A stretch of 64,000 nt of DNA from assembly GCA_040755995.1 (NCBI GenBank), contig JBFMAF010000008.1, positions 128,001-192,000 on the forward strand, in the 5' to 3' direction. The position numbers and the translations under genes are program-made. The notes beneath the pieces were generated by a model. The model had not been told where the DNA came from. It did no database searches and was given only the letters and a program-made list of their open reading frames with translations. This document shows positions 29,320 through 39,278 of this stretch, in pieces. Each line of letters begins with the position of its first letter. Position 1 is the first letter of the stretch. This DNA comes from Acidobacteriota bacterium (GTDB lineage Bacteria; Acidobacteriota; CAIWXX01).

Positions 29320-30159
29320 ATGTCAGAACGAGAAAGATACCGGCTCTACTGGATCACTAGTATTCTCTGTGCGCTGCTTTCTCCGCTGCTGCTCTGGCGG
29401 TTCTGGCAGGCGGACGTGCCCTTCACTTTCCGTCCCAACGAGTTCTTCCCGACGTTCACGCTCAGCATGCTCTTGAGCATCCCGGCGACGATGCTGTTCG
29501 AGCTGCTGGTGAACCTGCTCAGGGGGAGAGGCGTCAAGATCTGGATTGCCCGCCCTTCGACGGAAAGCACGTACACGGCCCGTGAGGGCCTGGACGATTG
29601 CTGCAAGGCAGTCCTCGCGCGGCTCGAAGAACTCGGCTTCGCGCCGGTGCTGGACGAGCCGTCGCCTGGCACGCGGCGCATCAGCTGCCTGAGGCCGAAG
29701 GCGGCGCGAGTGCAGGCGTTCACCGACCACGCGTTTTTCGGGGAAGTCGTTCTCAGGCCGTCGGCGTGGGGGACCGAGATCAACGCGCGCATGACGTTCG
29801 ACGACATCGTGGTCATCGAAACCGAGGAGACGGCGCATCTGCAGGCTCTCTGCGAATACCTCTGCCTGCAAACTGCCGCGCTGAACCTGACGTCGGTGCC
29901 GCTGACGCTATACTGCGGCATGCTCATGGCATTCGCCACACAGGCGTTGTCCGCCGTCGCCGCCTACCACATTCACACCCCGATCGATCCCTACTATCTT
30001 TCGATCGCGGCGATGGCTCTGACAGGCGCTGCGATGGTATTGACGCTCATGGATCGCAGGCGTCTGTACGGCTTCACGTTGGGCCTGGTCGGACTCTTCG
30101 TCGCTTCCGTACCGCTGTTGAGCGCGCTCATGAGGCTGGCAGCCGCGTACGCGAGGTGA
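29320..30159 (+). CDS. Hypothetical membrane protein
   Basis: Two N-terminal and about three C-terminal hydrophobic segments; GAGGGG RBS. Confidence 0.65.
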   Translation: MSERERYRLYWITSILCALLSPLLLWRFWQADVPFTFRPNEFFPTFTLSMLLSIPATMLFELLVNLLRGRGVKIWIARPSTESTYTAREGLDDCCKAVLARLEELGFAPVLDEPSPGTRRISCLRPKAARVQAFTDHAFFGEVVLRPSAWGTEINARMTFDDIVVIETEETAHLQALCEYLCLQTAALNLTSVPLTLYCGMLMAFATQALSAVAAYHIHTPIDPYYLSIAAMALTGAAMVLTLMDRRRLYGFTLGLVGLFVASVPLLSALMRLAAAYAR

Positions 30160-30279
30160 GATCAAATCACCGTTGAACCGGCATCGCTTTCGGCGTATAG
30201 TCTGTGGCGTACAACATTCTCCAGAGGATCGATGAGTGACTCGCCGGAGGCCATTCCTCCGGACTTGCAGGAGGGGGCA

Positions 30280-31926
30280 ATGAAAAAGCTAGCGCTTCGC
30301 ACCGTCATGATGCTCGCCCTGGCCGGCCTTGGACTGGTCGTCGCCGGCTTCACCAACGCGCCGTTTGGCAAGAAGATCAAGATGGTTGTCAGCGGGAAGA
30401 CGTCGTTCAAGCGCATGTACGGCATGCCGGGGTGGACACCGGTCACACCGCCGGATGCCGGAGGCAAACCAGCTGCGGCCCCGTACTTCATGGGCTTCTT
30501 CAAGGGCCAGTATGAGTCAGGCGGGTACTCCTACCAGGGTGTATTCGCCGGGATTTTCGAGGCCTCGGCGATCGTGTTCGCGAAGAGCCCGCTGGTGTCC
30601 GGTTCCTCATCGACGACCATAATCGATGGGGGCGGCGGCTGGCTTCCCGTGGCGGCAGGGCGCGGCTCGATGGGCGCGTTCTTTCACTCACAGTGGAAGT
30701 ACTCGTACGCATCGGGACTAGACGGAGCGGCGACGCAGCCGATCGAGTACTACCTGCGTGAGTTCGACGCGCAGGGCAACCCGGTGGGACCTGCCACGAA
30801 GATCCTGAGCTCCCCGCCGCCCAAGACGGCCGGTGCCAGCCAGCCGCCTGAACCGACGCGCGGCCCGCCGATGGACTATCCGTACTACTACGAGAACAAT
30901 CTCACTTTCGCGTATGGCCCGACCGGCGCTGTCTACCTGGGCGCCACCGAGAGCTGGAGCCGCTATACTGCGGGGGACGCCGGGCCGGTACGCTACGAGG
31001 GTCCGTATTCCTCCCAGTTCTGGCAACTCTATACGACGAAGTACCAGGGATCCAGCAGCCAGTGGAAGAAGCAGCTCTGGAAGTCCGGCCCCGAGACTGA
31101 CTCGGTCATAACGGGGTCGCAAGCGTTCGACAGAACGAACTGGGCCGTGGGCACGGTCAACACATATGATGTGGCGGTGCGCGAGGCAGTGGAGCGCGGC
31201 AGCTACGCGCCGATCATCAGGAACGACCTTTACAGCTTCCTGTATACGTACGGCGCTGCGAGCCCGCAGCCGCAGGCGCCGACCGGCCGAAAGGTGGTTA
31301 AGATCGCGAGCACGGATCAGGGCAATGAACGATCGTACCAGTCCGGGCAGGTGCTTCTCGACGAGAATGGAGAACCGGCGAACGTGATCTTCTACCAGTT
31401 CCGCGACCTGACCGCACAACGACACTGCACGCTCGAAAAGTACGTCGCTCGCTACTTCTTCCAGACGATGAAGAATGGGAACCCATCGGGCAGCCCCGTC
31501 GAGATCACCGTGCCGGTATGGAACCACAAGATCAAGCCGAGCGCCAACATCGAGACGGACGAGTATGATGAGCTGATCAGTGAGCTGCTTCCTGTGGGCG
31601 AGAACAGGTATCTCGGGTTCCTGAGCCGCAACCTGAGCGTCAAGCCGGTGTCGAACGCGGCGCAGCCGTCGGATCCGGCAGCGGCCAACAGCGAGAACCA
31701 GTTGAACGTCGTGGTGTTCAACCTCGACAAGAAGACCGGTTCATTCGTAGGCAGCCTGATCCTCGGTATGCTGGAGCACGACTATCTCGAGAGGACGACG
31801 CTGATGTCCTCCGGGACCGACCTTCTCTTCTACGTGGAACGCGTCAACACAACAGGCGATTGGGACAAGTGGAGGCGCGAACCGTGCTGGGCCTCGGCTA
31901 CCGTCGAGGACTTCGTCTCGGACTGA
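30280..31926 (+). CDS. Secreted hypothetical protein
   Basis: MKKLALR signal peptide, GGAGGGG RBS, coding-like codon usage; no family recognised. Confidence 0.65.
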   Translation: MKKLALRTVMMLALAGLGLVVAGFTNAPFGKKIKMVVSGKTSFKRMYGMPGWTPVTPPDAGGKPAAAPYFMGFFKGQYESGGYSYQGVFAGIFEASAIVFAKSPLVSGSSSTTIIDGGGGWLPVAAGRGSMGAFFHSQWKYSYASGLDGAATQPIEYYLREFDAQGNPVGPATKILSSPPPKTAGASQPPEPTRGPPMDYPYYYENNLTFAYGPTGAVYLGATESWSRYTAGDAGPVRYEGPYSSQFWQLYTTKYQGSSSQWKKQLWKSGPETDSVITGSQAFDRTNWAVGTVNTYDVAVREAVERGSYAPIIRNDLYSFLYTYGAASPQPQAPTGRKVVKIASTDQGNERSYQSGQVLLDENGEPANVIFYQFRDLTAQRHCTLEKYVARYFFQTMKNGNPSGSPVEITVPVWNHKIKPSANIETDEYDELISELLPVGENRYLGFLSRNLSVKPVSNAAQPSDPAAANSENQLNVVVFNLDKKTGSFVGSLILGMLEHDYLERTTLMSSGTDLLFYVERVNTTGDWDKWRREPCWASATVEDFVSD

Positions 31927-31981
31927 CCCCAGGGTGTCAAGCTACGGGCGTCCCTGGCCTCGCAGCATCTCCCAAGCGTTC

Positions 31982-32011
31982 GTGGACGTAGACGTCGACG
32001 TGAACGCGAAC
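31982..32011. repeat. Five degenerate hexamer units in an intergenic region
   Basis: GTGGAC GTAGAC GTCGAC GTGAAC GCGAAC, bracketed by CGTTCG/CGAACG. Confidence 0.5.
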
Positions 32012-32040
32012 GGGCCGCTGCCATTCAGCCGGAGCATCGA

Positions 32041-33603
32041 ATGCCTCAGCTGATCATCTTCCCGCGGACGGCGAGCGCGCGCACGATCGAGCTCAAGCAG
32101 GGCACGAGCACGCTCGGGCGGGCCCGCGGCAACGACATCGAGATCGTGCACCAGAGCCTGTCGAGGAACCACGCGCGGCTGGACGTCAAGGGCGACGAGG
32201 TCGACCTCGCGGACGTCGGCAGCACCAATGGCACGCGCGTGCGCGGCACCCGGATTACGCAATGCCGGCTCAAGGACGGTGACACCGGCTTCTTCGGCGA
32301 CGTCCCGTTTCTCTTCATCACCCAGGCGACGGGCGGCACAGAGATATCGACGATGCAGAGCCGCGTGTCGATGGGCGACCTGCTGCTGGATTCATCCGAG
32401 CGTCCCGCGGGCGGCTCGCTCATGCTTCGCGCGCAGGCTCCGGAGAAGCGCGCCGAGGGCAAGCTGCACGTGCTGCTGAAAGTAGCCGAGGCACTCTCGT
32501 ATCCCGACGCAATCGACGTTCTGATGCAGCGCGTGCTGGACCTGCTCTTCCAGATCATGGACGTCGACCACGCCGCGATTCTGGCGCCGCGCGGAGAGGG
32601 CGCGGAGCTCCGCACGGTTGTATCGCGTTCAAGGCTGGACACGACCAACATCGGAGTCGTCTACAGCCGGCACATCGTCAACCACGCGCTCGAGAAGAAC
32701 GTCGCGATTCTGTCGCGCGACACTCAGAGCGACGTGCGCTTCGGTACGGCGGCCTCCGTCCTCGAACGCTCGATCTGCTCCTGCATGTGCGTGCCGCTGC
32801 AGCGCAGCGGTAAGATTGCCGCAGTCCTCTACGTGGACAATACCACGACGGCGAACCGATTCAGCGAGGAGGACCTCGCCTTCATGACGGCATTCGGCAA
32901 CCAGGCGGCAATCGCGCTTGAGAACGCAACGCTGAACCAGAAGATCCAGCAAGACACGGCGATCCGCGAGAACCTCCTCCGCTTCTTCCCGCCGACAGCG
33001 ATCCAGAAGATCATGCAGACCGAGAGCGTCTCGCTCGGGACGGTCGAGGCCGATGTCACGATTCTGTTCTCGGACATCACGAACTTCACGGTGATGTCAT
33101 CCACCCTCGAGCCGGTGCGCATCGTCCAGATGCTGAACGAGTACTTCCCAGTGATGAGCGAGATCGTGTTCCGTCACGAAGGCACGCTCGAGAAGTACAT
33201 CGGCGACGCGCTGATGGCGGTCTGGGGCGTGCCGTTCGCGCACGATGACGACGCCGATCGTGCTGTGGCGTCGGCAATCGACATGCAAGCGGCGCTGCAG
33301 CGGCTGAACCGCGAAGGCGTCCACACGCGCGATCTGCAGATCCACATCGGGATCAACCGGGGGAAGGTCGCTGCCGGCAACATCGGGTCGGAACACTACA
33401 TCCAGTATGCGACAATCGGCGACACCACCAACGTCGCCAGCCGGCTCTGCAGCGCCGCGCAATCCGGCGAGATCGTGATCTCGGAGAGCACCTTCCGCCG
33501 GCTCACCCCCGGGCGCTTCCCGGTCGAGGCGCTGCCAGCACTCCGGGTGAAGGGGAAAGAAGAGCCGATCGCGGCATATCGCGTGCGATGGGAGGGGACG
33601 TAG
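32041..33603 (+). CDS. FHA-GAF-class III adenylate/guanylate cyclase
   Basis: FHA LGR...SRNHA...GSTNGT; GAF CVPL...LYVD...FSEEDL; cyclase LFSDITNFT, KYIGDA, IGDTTNVASRL. Confidence 0.92.
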   Translation: MPQLIIFPRTASARTIELKQGTSTLGRARGNDIEIVHQSLSRNHARLDVKGDEVDLADVGSTNGTRVRGTRITQCRLKDGDTGFFGDVPFLFITQATGGTEISTMQSRVSMGDLLLDSSERPAGGSLMLRAQAPEKRAEGKLHVLLKVAEALSYPDAIDVLMQRVLDLLFQIMDVDHAAILAPRGEGAELRTVVSRSRLDTTNIGVVYSRHIVNHALEKNVAILSRDTQSDVRFGTAASVLERSICSCMCVPLQRSGKIAAVLYVDNTTTANRFSEEDLAFMTAFGNQAAIALENATLNQKIQQDTAIRENLLRFFPPTAIQKIMQTESVSLGTVEADVTILFSDITNFTVMSSTLEPVRIVQMLNEYFPVMSEIVFRHEGTLEKYIGDALMAVWGVPFAHDDDADRAVASAIDMQAALQRLNREGVHTRDLQIHIGINRGKVAAGNIGSEHYIQYATIGDTTNVASRLCSAAQSGEIVISESTFRRLTPGRFPVEALPALRVKGKEEPIAAYRVRWEGT

Positions 33604-33648
33604 ATGGCGTCTCCCCATCAGGCCTTCCAGGGTTCCTGGGTTCACTTG

Positions 33649-33677
33649 TTGAGTTCTAGCGCCTCTCTCGGTATATT
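33649..33677 (+). promoter_or_regulatory. sigma70-type promoter of the orphan antitoxin
   Basis: TTGAGT-N17-TATATT. Confidence 0.45.
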
Positions 33678-33718
33678 GGAGGCAGGTGATGACCGCGCGA
33701 ATCGTGGGGGTTAACAAG

Positions 33719-33964
33719 ATGGCGTCCAGGATGCAAGAGATCGAGGAAGAAGCTCTTCAGCTGCCGGCTGATCAGAGGGCCTCCCTTGCCGAGCGCCTCA
33801 TCAGCAGTCTCGACCAGGAAGAGGATCCAGAGGCGGAGAGACTCTGGATAGAGGAGGCAGAGCGTCGGTACCGTGACTACAGCGCTGGGAAAGTAGTCGC
33901 GCGGCTTGCGGAGTCGGTGCTGCGCGACGTCCGCGGCAGATTGCGGTCGCGGCCGGACAGCTGA
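33719..33964 (+). CDS. Addiction module antitoxin, orphan
   Basis: EALQLPADQRASLAERLISSLD...WIEEAERR; no toxin gene follows. Confidence 0.8.
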   Translation: MASRMQEIEEEALQLPADQRASLAERLISSLDQEEDPEAERLWIEEAERRYRDYSAGKVVARLAESVLRDVRGRLRSRPDS

Positions 33965-33974
33965 TCAGCACACG

Positions 33975-36900
33975 CTATCGGTTCCGATTCGTGCCGATCC
34001 CCCGAACCTCAGCATCAAGCGCCGCGTATTCCTCGCGCAGCGATGGGTCGATCTGGAAGGCTTCATCTAGGCTCTCCTGGGCCGACTGCAGGACCTGGAG
34101 CCGGCGGGCGGGGTCGCTCTCGCAGCGCGCCTGAAGTGCGAGGAGACCCGCGCGAATGGCGAATGAATCGGCGTTCTTCTGGTCGAGAGACTGCGCTCTT
34201 TCGATATTGGCCAGTCCCTTGGAGACGATCTCTCGAGCGCGATCGGGAGCATGTGGATCCGGCGGCCTCTTGTCAAGCACCCATCGCGCCTTCTCGCGGT
34301 GCAACGCGGCGAGCCCGCGAAGGGCCGATGGGTCCTGAGGGTTCAACTGCACGGCGCGCCCGAAGGCGCTCTCCGCGGCCCTCCAGTGCTCCTCCGGCGA
34401 ACGCTTCCGCCGGAGAGCCTGTACGCCCAACTCCGTCTCCACGCTTCCAAGCATGTCGTGCGTCGTGTACTCATCGGGGTCCAGTTTGAGAGCCTTCGTC
34501 AGAGACTCGCCGGCCAGCTGGAGGCTCGCGGTCGGATCGCGACCCGCCGCCTTCTCGTACTCGCTCCGGACGTAGTACAGATTGCCCAGGCCGAGCAGCG
34601 CGACACCCGAGGAGGGATTCAGAGACGAGGATCTCAGATAGCACTCGATCGCCCGGCGAATGGACAGGCTCGGGTCGAGATCCTTGAACACCTCGTACAC
34701 AGCCCGGCCCTGGTAGACGCCGCCCAGGTTCGAGTAGTACAGCCAGGCTTCGTTCTGGTTCAACTCAATTGCCCGGCGGTAGTTCTCAGCTGCCAGATCC
34801 AGGTTCGTGCGCGGATCCTGGTTATGGTCGCTCTCGTGTGAGGCCTTCTCTTCGTGAACCACTGCGATGCCGCAGTAGGCCGAGTCGAGGCTGGGATCGA
34901 TCCGGATAGCTTGCCGGTACGCTTCGAGGCTCTCCTGAAGAAGCGGCTGCGGGTCGCGCCCCGACAGATGTTCGTACTTGGCCAGTTCCAGGAGAGCGTT
35001 CCCCTTGCTGTTGAATGCAGTCGCGGCCGGGCTGATCTCGATCGCGCGCTGGAAGCTTCTGATCGCCTCGCGAAACGCGGCTGTCGGGTCCAGGCCGTGT
35101 TCTACCTGGTACTCGCCGATGCGATGGTGCACCATGCCGAGGTTGCCCAGAGCCCTGTCGTAGCGGGGATTGATGCGGAGGGCCTGTTCGTACCGGACCG
35201 CCGCGTCCCTAAGCGTGCCCATGGGATCCACTCCAGTCTGCATCTCGTACATCCCGCGAATCTCGAGGGCGATACCCATGCCGCTCAGAGCCTTCGTGTT
35301 ACTCCGATCCGCCCGCAGGGCCCCCGTATAGCACTGCAACGCGCTCTCGAGCGCGGGCCTGGGATCGAGGCCGATCTGGTACTCGTAGTCCCCTGACATG
35401 GTGTCTGCAGCGCCTTGAGTCCAGCGCGCCAGCGCGCTGTTGGGATTGGCTGCGAGGGCACGCCGCGAAGTGGCAACTGTGTGCTGCAGGAAAGGCCTGG
35501 GGTCTTCGCCCTGCCACATCGCATTCTCCGCGCGCCTGAAGTAGGCGATGCTCAGGGTGGTGAGAGCCCCTTCCTCGTCCCTGCTGCGTCTGATCGCCTC
35601 CTCCGCCATCGACGCGGCGAGGCTCAGCGCCTCGGTGGGATCGTCGCCGGTGTTGTAGTGCTGGAACTCGCCCTTCTGAAGGTAGCCTCTGGCGAGTATC
35701 GCCCACGGGCGCGCGCTGTCAGGGTTGGCCTGCGATGCCTTGCTGCACGCGCTCTGCATGGCGACCAGATCATCGGTCAAGAAGCGCCCCTGCCGGGCGC
35801 GCAGCTGCATGAAAGCAACCCACATCTCCGCATCTTGCTCATACACCGCGCCGTCGCTTCGCCCGACGTCGATGGCCGTCGCGTACGCCTCGCTGGCGCG
35901 TTCCAATTCCACACGGGCCTTCTCATACTGGCCCGAGTCAGTCGCGCTGCTGGCCCTTCGGAGATGGACATCCCCGGCCAGCCTCTTCGCCTCGTAAAAC
36001 CAGGGCTGGCGGCGCCAGGCGCCCTCGGCTCGGGCAAGCGCCTCTTCGTAAGGCTCTTGGCCTCCGTAGAAACTGACGAGCGCCTCCAGGTACGCCGTAG
36101 GGCCGATCTTCGCGCCGATGCAGGCCTCGAGCTTGTCCCGGGCCGGGTCGCCGTACAGCCGCTTCGCCTCGCGCTTCAGCGCCTCGCGGTCCTCGGGATC
36201 ACGCAATTGTTCGGCCTCCTGGAGCTTCTGGAAGAAGATCTGGCCGAGCACCTGGCCGTAGACGTATGCCACTTCCGGTTCGCGCGTCTCGGCGAAGTCC
36301 CAGGCGGCTCGCAGGTGATCGAGCGCGTCCTCGTACTCGTGCAGGGCGAGGTGGCCGCGCCCGAGTGCGTACTGCGTGATGCCGGCGCCGGCGCGTCCCA
36401 TCTCGGCCGCGCGCGACTCGATCTGGCTCATCATCACCCTCACCTCGCGCTCATCGCTGCGGACGTCGTGGAGCGGCGCCATGCGGGCGATGCGCATCGT
36501 GGCCTCGGCGCGCTCCATCATCTGCCCCACCTCGCGCGCCCACCTCGCCTGTGCCCGCGCGGTCCACCTCGCCTGCAGCGCTATTCCTCCGAAGACGAGG
36601 CCGGCGGCAACCGCGAGGCCGACGGCACTCACTGCAATCTTGTGCTTCTGCGCTTTCCTCAGCGCCCGGTAGGTGAGGCTGGCGCGCCGTCCCTGAATGG
36701 GCTCTCCGTCCAGATACCGCTCCAGGTCCTCTGCCAGCGCGCGCGCCGAATCGTACCGCCGCTGCGGCTCCTTCTCCATGCACTTCAGAACGATCGTCTC
36801 GAGATCGACCGGGACGCTCGGTTTGATTCTCCGCGGCGGTGTCGGGTCGACCTCGGTGACCATGCGGAGCACCTCGGTCGTGTTGCCTTCGAACGGCGGC

Positions 36901-37727
36901 CGGTCGGTGAGCAGCTCGTAGAGGGTTGCGCCGAGGCTGTAGACGTCGGTGCGCCGGTCCATCTCGCGGATCTTCCCCCACGCCTGCTCGGGGGCCATGT
37001 ACTGCGGCGTCCCGACGATCGCGCCGGACATCGTCACACCGATCGATTCGACCTCGCGCGCGAGGCCGAAGTCCATCACGTACGGCTTCCACTCGCCGTC
37101 CTCGGTGTGCTCGAGCATCACGTTGGTAGGCTTCATGTCGCGGTGGATCATCCCGAGGCGGTGAGCGGCGTGAATGCCGTCGCTCACTTCTTTCATCGCC
37201 TTGGCCTTCTGCTCCAGCGTCATCCGCCCGCCGGCGTCCTTCAGCGTCATCCCGTCGATATACTGCATCGAGATGTAGAGCTTCCCCTGCACCTCGCCGA
37301 CCTCGTACACCTTGCACACGTGGTTGTGCTCCACGCGCGCCTGCACCTTCGCCTCCTGGAGGAACCGGTTGGCCAAAGCCGGGTCGTCGCCGCGGATGAA
37401 TTTCAGCGCGACATTCCGGCTGAGCATCGGATCGTAAGCCTTGTAGACGCGCCCCATGCCACCTTCGCCGAGGAATCTCTCAAAACGGTAGCGCGGCCAT
37501 CCCTGGACCGGGAACTCGGCCTCCGCTTCAGGGTGAGCGGCCGCATCCACGGGCACGGGCTGCTCGGGCACGCCAACGGCAGTGCGTGCAGCCTGTGCAT
37601 CGGCAGCGCTTCCGCTCTGTGGTGGTGCGATCGTCGCCGCCGATTGCTCATCGGCGGGCGCATCGCCGGACAGAGTCTTCGAAGCCTGCTTGTCCTCGAT
37701 CTCCCGGTCCCGATCGTTCCCAGGCAT
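33975..37727 (-). CDS. Hanks-type Ser/Thr protein kinase with a TM segment and a long TPR array
   Basis: LGEGGMGRVY, VALK, HRDMKPTN, DFG, GTPQYMAPE; TPR-like repeats with recurring G.DP. Confidence 0.93.
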   Translation of the reverse strand: MPGNDRDREIEDKQASKTLSGDAPADEQSAATIAPPQSGSAADAQAARTAVGVPEQPVPVDAAAHPEAEAEFPVQGWPRYRFERFLGEGGMGRVYKAYDPMLSRNVALKFIRGDDPALANRFLQEAKVQARVEHNHVCKVYEVGEVQGKLYISMQYIDGMTLKDAGGRMTLEQKAKAMKEVSDGIHAAHRLGMIHRDMKPTNVMLEHTEDGEWKPYVMDFGLAREVESIGVTMSGAIVGTPQYMAPEQAWGKIREMDRRTDVYSLGATLYELLTDRPPFEGNTTEVLRMVTEVDPTPPRRIKPSVPVDLETIVLKCMEKEPQRRYDSARALAEDLERYLDGEPIQGRRASLTYRALRKAQKHKIAVSAVGLAVAAGLVFGGIALQARWTARAQARWAREVGQMMERAEATMRIARMAPLHDVRSDEREVRVMMSQIESRAAEMGRAGAGITQYALGRGHLALHEYEDALDHLRAAWDFAETREPEVAYVYGQVLGQIFFQKLQEAEQLRDPEDREALKREAKRLYGDPARDKLEACIGAKIGPTAYLEALVSFYGGQEPYEEALARAEGAWRRQPWFYEAKRLAGDVHLRRASSATDSGQYEKARVELERASEAYATAIDVGRSDGAVYEQDAEMWVAFMQLRARQGRFLTDDLVAMQSACSKASQANPDSARPWAILARGYLQKGEFQHYNTGDDPTEALSLAASMAEEAIRRSRDEEGALTTLSIAYFRRAENAMWQGEDPRPFLQHTVATSRRALAANPNSALARWTQGAADTMSGDYEYQIGLDPRPALESALQCYTGALRADRSNTKALSGMGIALEIRGMYEMQTGVDPMGTLRDAAVRYEQALRINPRYDRALGNLGMVHHRIGEYQVEHGLDPTAAFREAIRSFQRAIEISPAATAFNSKGNALLELAKYEHLSGRDPQPLLQESLEAYRQAIRIDPSLDSAYCGIAVVHEEKASHESDHNQDPRTNLDLAAENYRRAIELNQNEAWLYYSNLGGVYQGRAVYEVFKDLDPSLSIRRAIECYLRSSSLNPSSGVALLGLGNLYYVRSEYEKAAGRDPTASLQLAGESLTKALKLDPDEYTTHDMLGSVETELGVQALRRKRSPEEHWRAAESAFGRAVQLNPQDPSALRGLAALHREKARWVLDKRPPDPHAPDRAREIVSKGLANIERAQSLDQKNADSFAIRAGLLALQARCESDPARRLQVLQSAQESLDEAFQIDPSLREEYAALDAEVRGIGTNRNR

Positions 37728-37811
37728 GCACGCTCACCGACGCTATCGCAACAGCGCCATTACCGCGTCCCCGCGTCCACCTCGTGAGTGGCCAACGGCA
37801 CCTAATACCCT

Positions 37812-38022
37812 GTCCTAGGACCGAATGGCCCCCTAGTCCGCTGACGCCCGGAGTATCTGCCTTCCGCGCGCGCCCTGTCAAGCTCTGCCGAGAGGCACGC
37901 TGATTTCGGAAGGATTCTTGATTCCCCCTCTTGACACGGATCAAACCGGGGTCTATAATCCTACTCGCGGACTAGGAATAATGGGAGAAAACGATTACGC
38001 AGACGTGACGAGTCCTAGGACT
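37812..38022. repeat. Repeated palindromic sites around the promoter
   Basis: GTCCTAGGAC at 37812-37821 and 38012-38021; inverted pair CCTAGTCCGC (37832-37841) / GCGGACTAGG (37967-37976). Confidence 0.7.
37931..37959 (+). promoter_or_regulatory. Perfect-consensus sigma70 promoter of the glycan operon
   Basis: TTGACA-N17-TATAAT. Confidence 0.85.
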
Positions 38023-38157
38023 GCCATGGACTGGTCCCTGAGGTGGGGCAGAGAGCAATCTCTGGGTCCTACCACGCGACGGGCGTTGTATAGCACAGCG
38101 CACGCAGGTCGGATCGAATTCGTCGCTTAGTCCACGAAACTCAAAGAGAGAGAAATC

Positions 38158-38286
38158 ATGAAGGAGTCCAACCTACTCAACTGGTCGATCCCGTTGCTGG
38201 TGGGCATGCTCACCCTCGGATACATGGTCTTCAACTGGCCGGCACTAGCACTGTCGTTTGCCGATCTGGTTGGAGCCATCCTGTGA
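38158..38286 (+). CDS. Small hydrophobic protein (42 aa), below the ORF-track cutoff
   Basis: MKESNLLNWSIPLLVGMLTLGYMVFNWPALALSFADLVGAIL*; purine-rich RBS; stop overlaps the next start (GTGA). Confidence 0.6.
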   Translation: MKESNLLNWSIPLLVGMLTLGYMVFNWPALALSFADLVGAIL

Positions 38287-39278
38287 TCTCCCCGTCAGCT
38301 GCCGCGTTGGCGACGGGCTCCGCCGCCGCCGTTGCGGGGGCACGCAAGCCGATGCCCATGGCGCTGCGAATCGCACTCCGCCTGGGCCTCACCGGCCTCC
38401 TCCTCTCTTTGATCCTCCTGGCAGTGCCGTTGCACGAGGTCGTCGAGGCGGCTCGAGCAGCTTCTCTGAGACCGCTGCTCGGCGGCTTCGCCCTCGGGTT
38501 CCTCTTCGCCGCGCTGAAGATTGTCCGCTGGCGGTGGCTCCTGGTACGCATGGGGGTTGCGTGCGGGATGCTGGAGGCCACCCGGTCCTACTTCGGCGGC
38601 ATGGCCGTCGGGCTGATCACGCCCGGGCGCCTCGGCGAAGTCGCGCGAGGCATGTACATCGATTATCGCGACAAGACCTACGCAGGCAGCGTAGCTTTCG
38701 TGGACAAGCTGTTTGACATCGCGGTTCTAGTCGTTGCGGCGGCAGCCGGATGGGCGCTCTACGGCTTCTACGAGATCGCCGTGCTCATGTTTCTCGGAGC
38801 GGCCGGTCTGGTGGCGTGCCTCTTCCTTCCCTCCCGCATCGTGACCAGCGTGGCGCGGAGACTCCCCGTGCGCGGGATCCGCGTGCATCTTGAAAAGGCC
38901 GCCGCTCCGTTGGATCGCGCTACTCTCAGCACCGTCTCCGGCGCCCTGATCCAGGCCGTGCTTTCGTTCCTCGTAGCGGCCACGCAGTTCTGGCTCTTCT
39001 TGCTCGCATTCGGCCCCGCCCCGTTGGGCGCGGCGTTTCTTGCGATGCCTATGATAGTTCTCGCCAATCTGATCCCGATCACAATCTCGGGGATCGGCGT
39101 CCGCGAGTGGGCGGCCATTGTCTTGCTCTCGCAGTACTCCGTGCCCGGAGCCGTGGCGGTGAGTGTCGCGATGCTGGGCTTCGTGAGCAACACGCTCGGC
39201 CCCGGCATCACCGGTGCGCTCCTCGCGCCCCGATGGAAGCGGCTCCCGACGGGGCTTGCTGTGGAGGCATCGAGATGA
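38283..39278 (+). CDS. Lysylphosphatidylglycerol synthase TM / flippase-like (UPF0104) protein
   Basis: RWRWLL, TPGRLGEVAR, DKLFD, PITISGIGVRE. Confidence 0.85.
   Translation: MISPSAAALATGSAAAVAGARKPMPMALRIALRLGLTGLLLSLILLAVPLHEVVEAARAASLRPLLGGFALGFLFAALKIVRWRWLLVRMGVACGMLEATRSYFGGMAVGLITPGRLGEVARGMYIDYRDKTYAGSVAFVDKLFDIAVLVVAAAAGWALYGFYEIAVLMFLGAAGLVACLFLPSRIVTSVARRLPVRGIRVHLEKAAAPLDRATLSTVSGALIQAVLSFLVAATQFWLFLLAFGPAPLGAAFLAMPMIVLANLIPITISGIGVREWAAIVLLSQYSVPGAVAVSVAMLGFVSNTLGPGITGALLAPRWKRLPTGLAVEASR

Noticed and set aside
35415..37787. Long antisense or alternate-frame ORFs (also 10944-12305, 15547-16719, 17367-18575 and others)
   Set aside because: Shadows of well-supported genes in high-GC DNA; no motifs of their own
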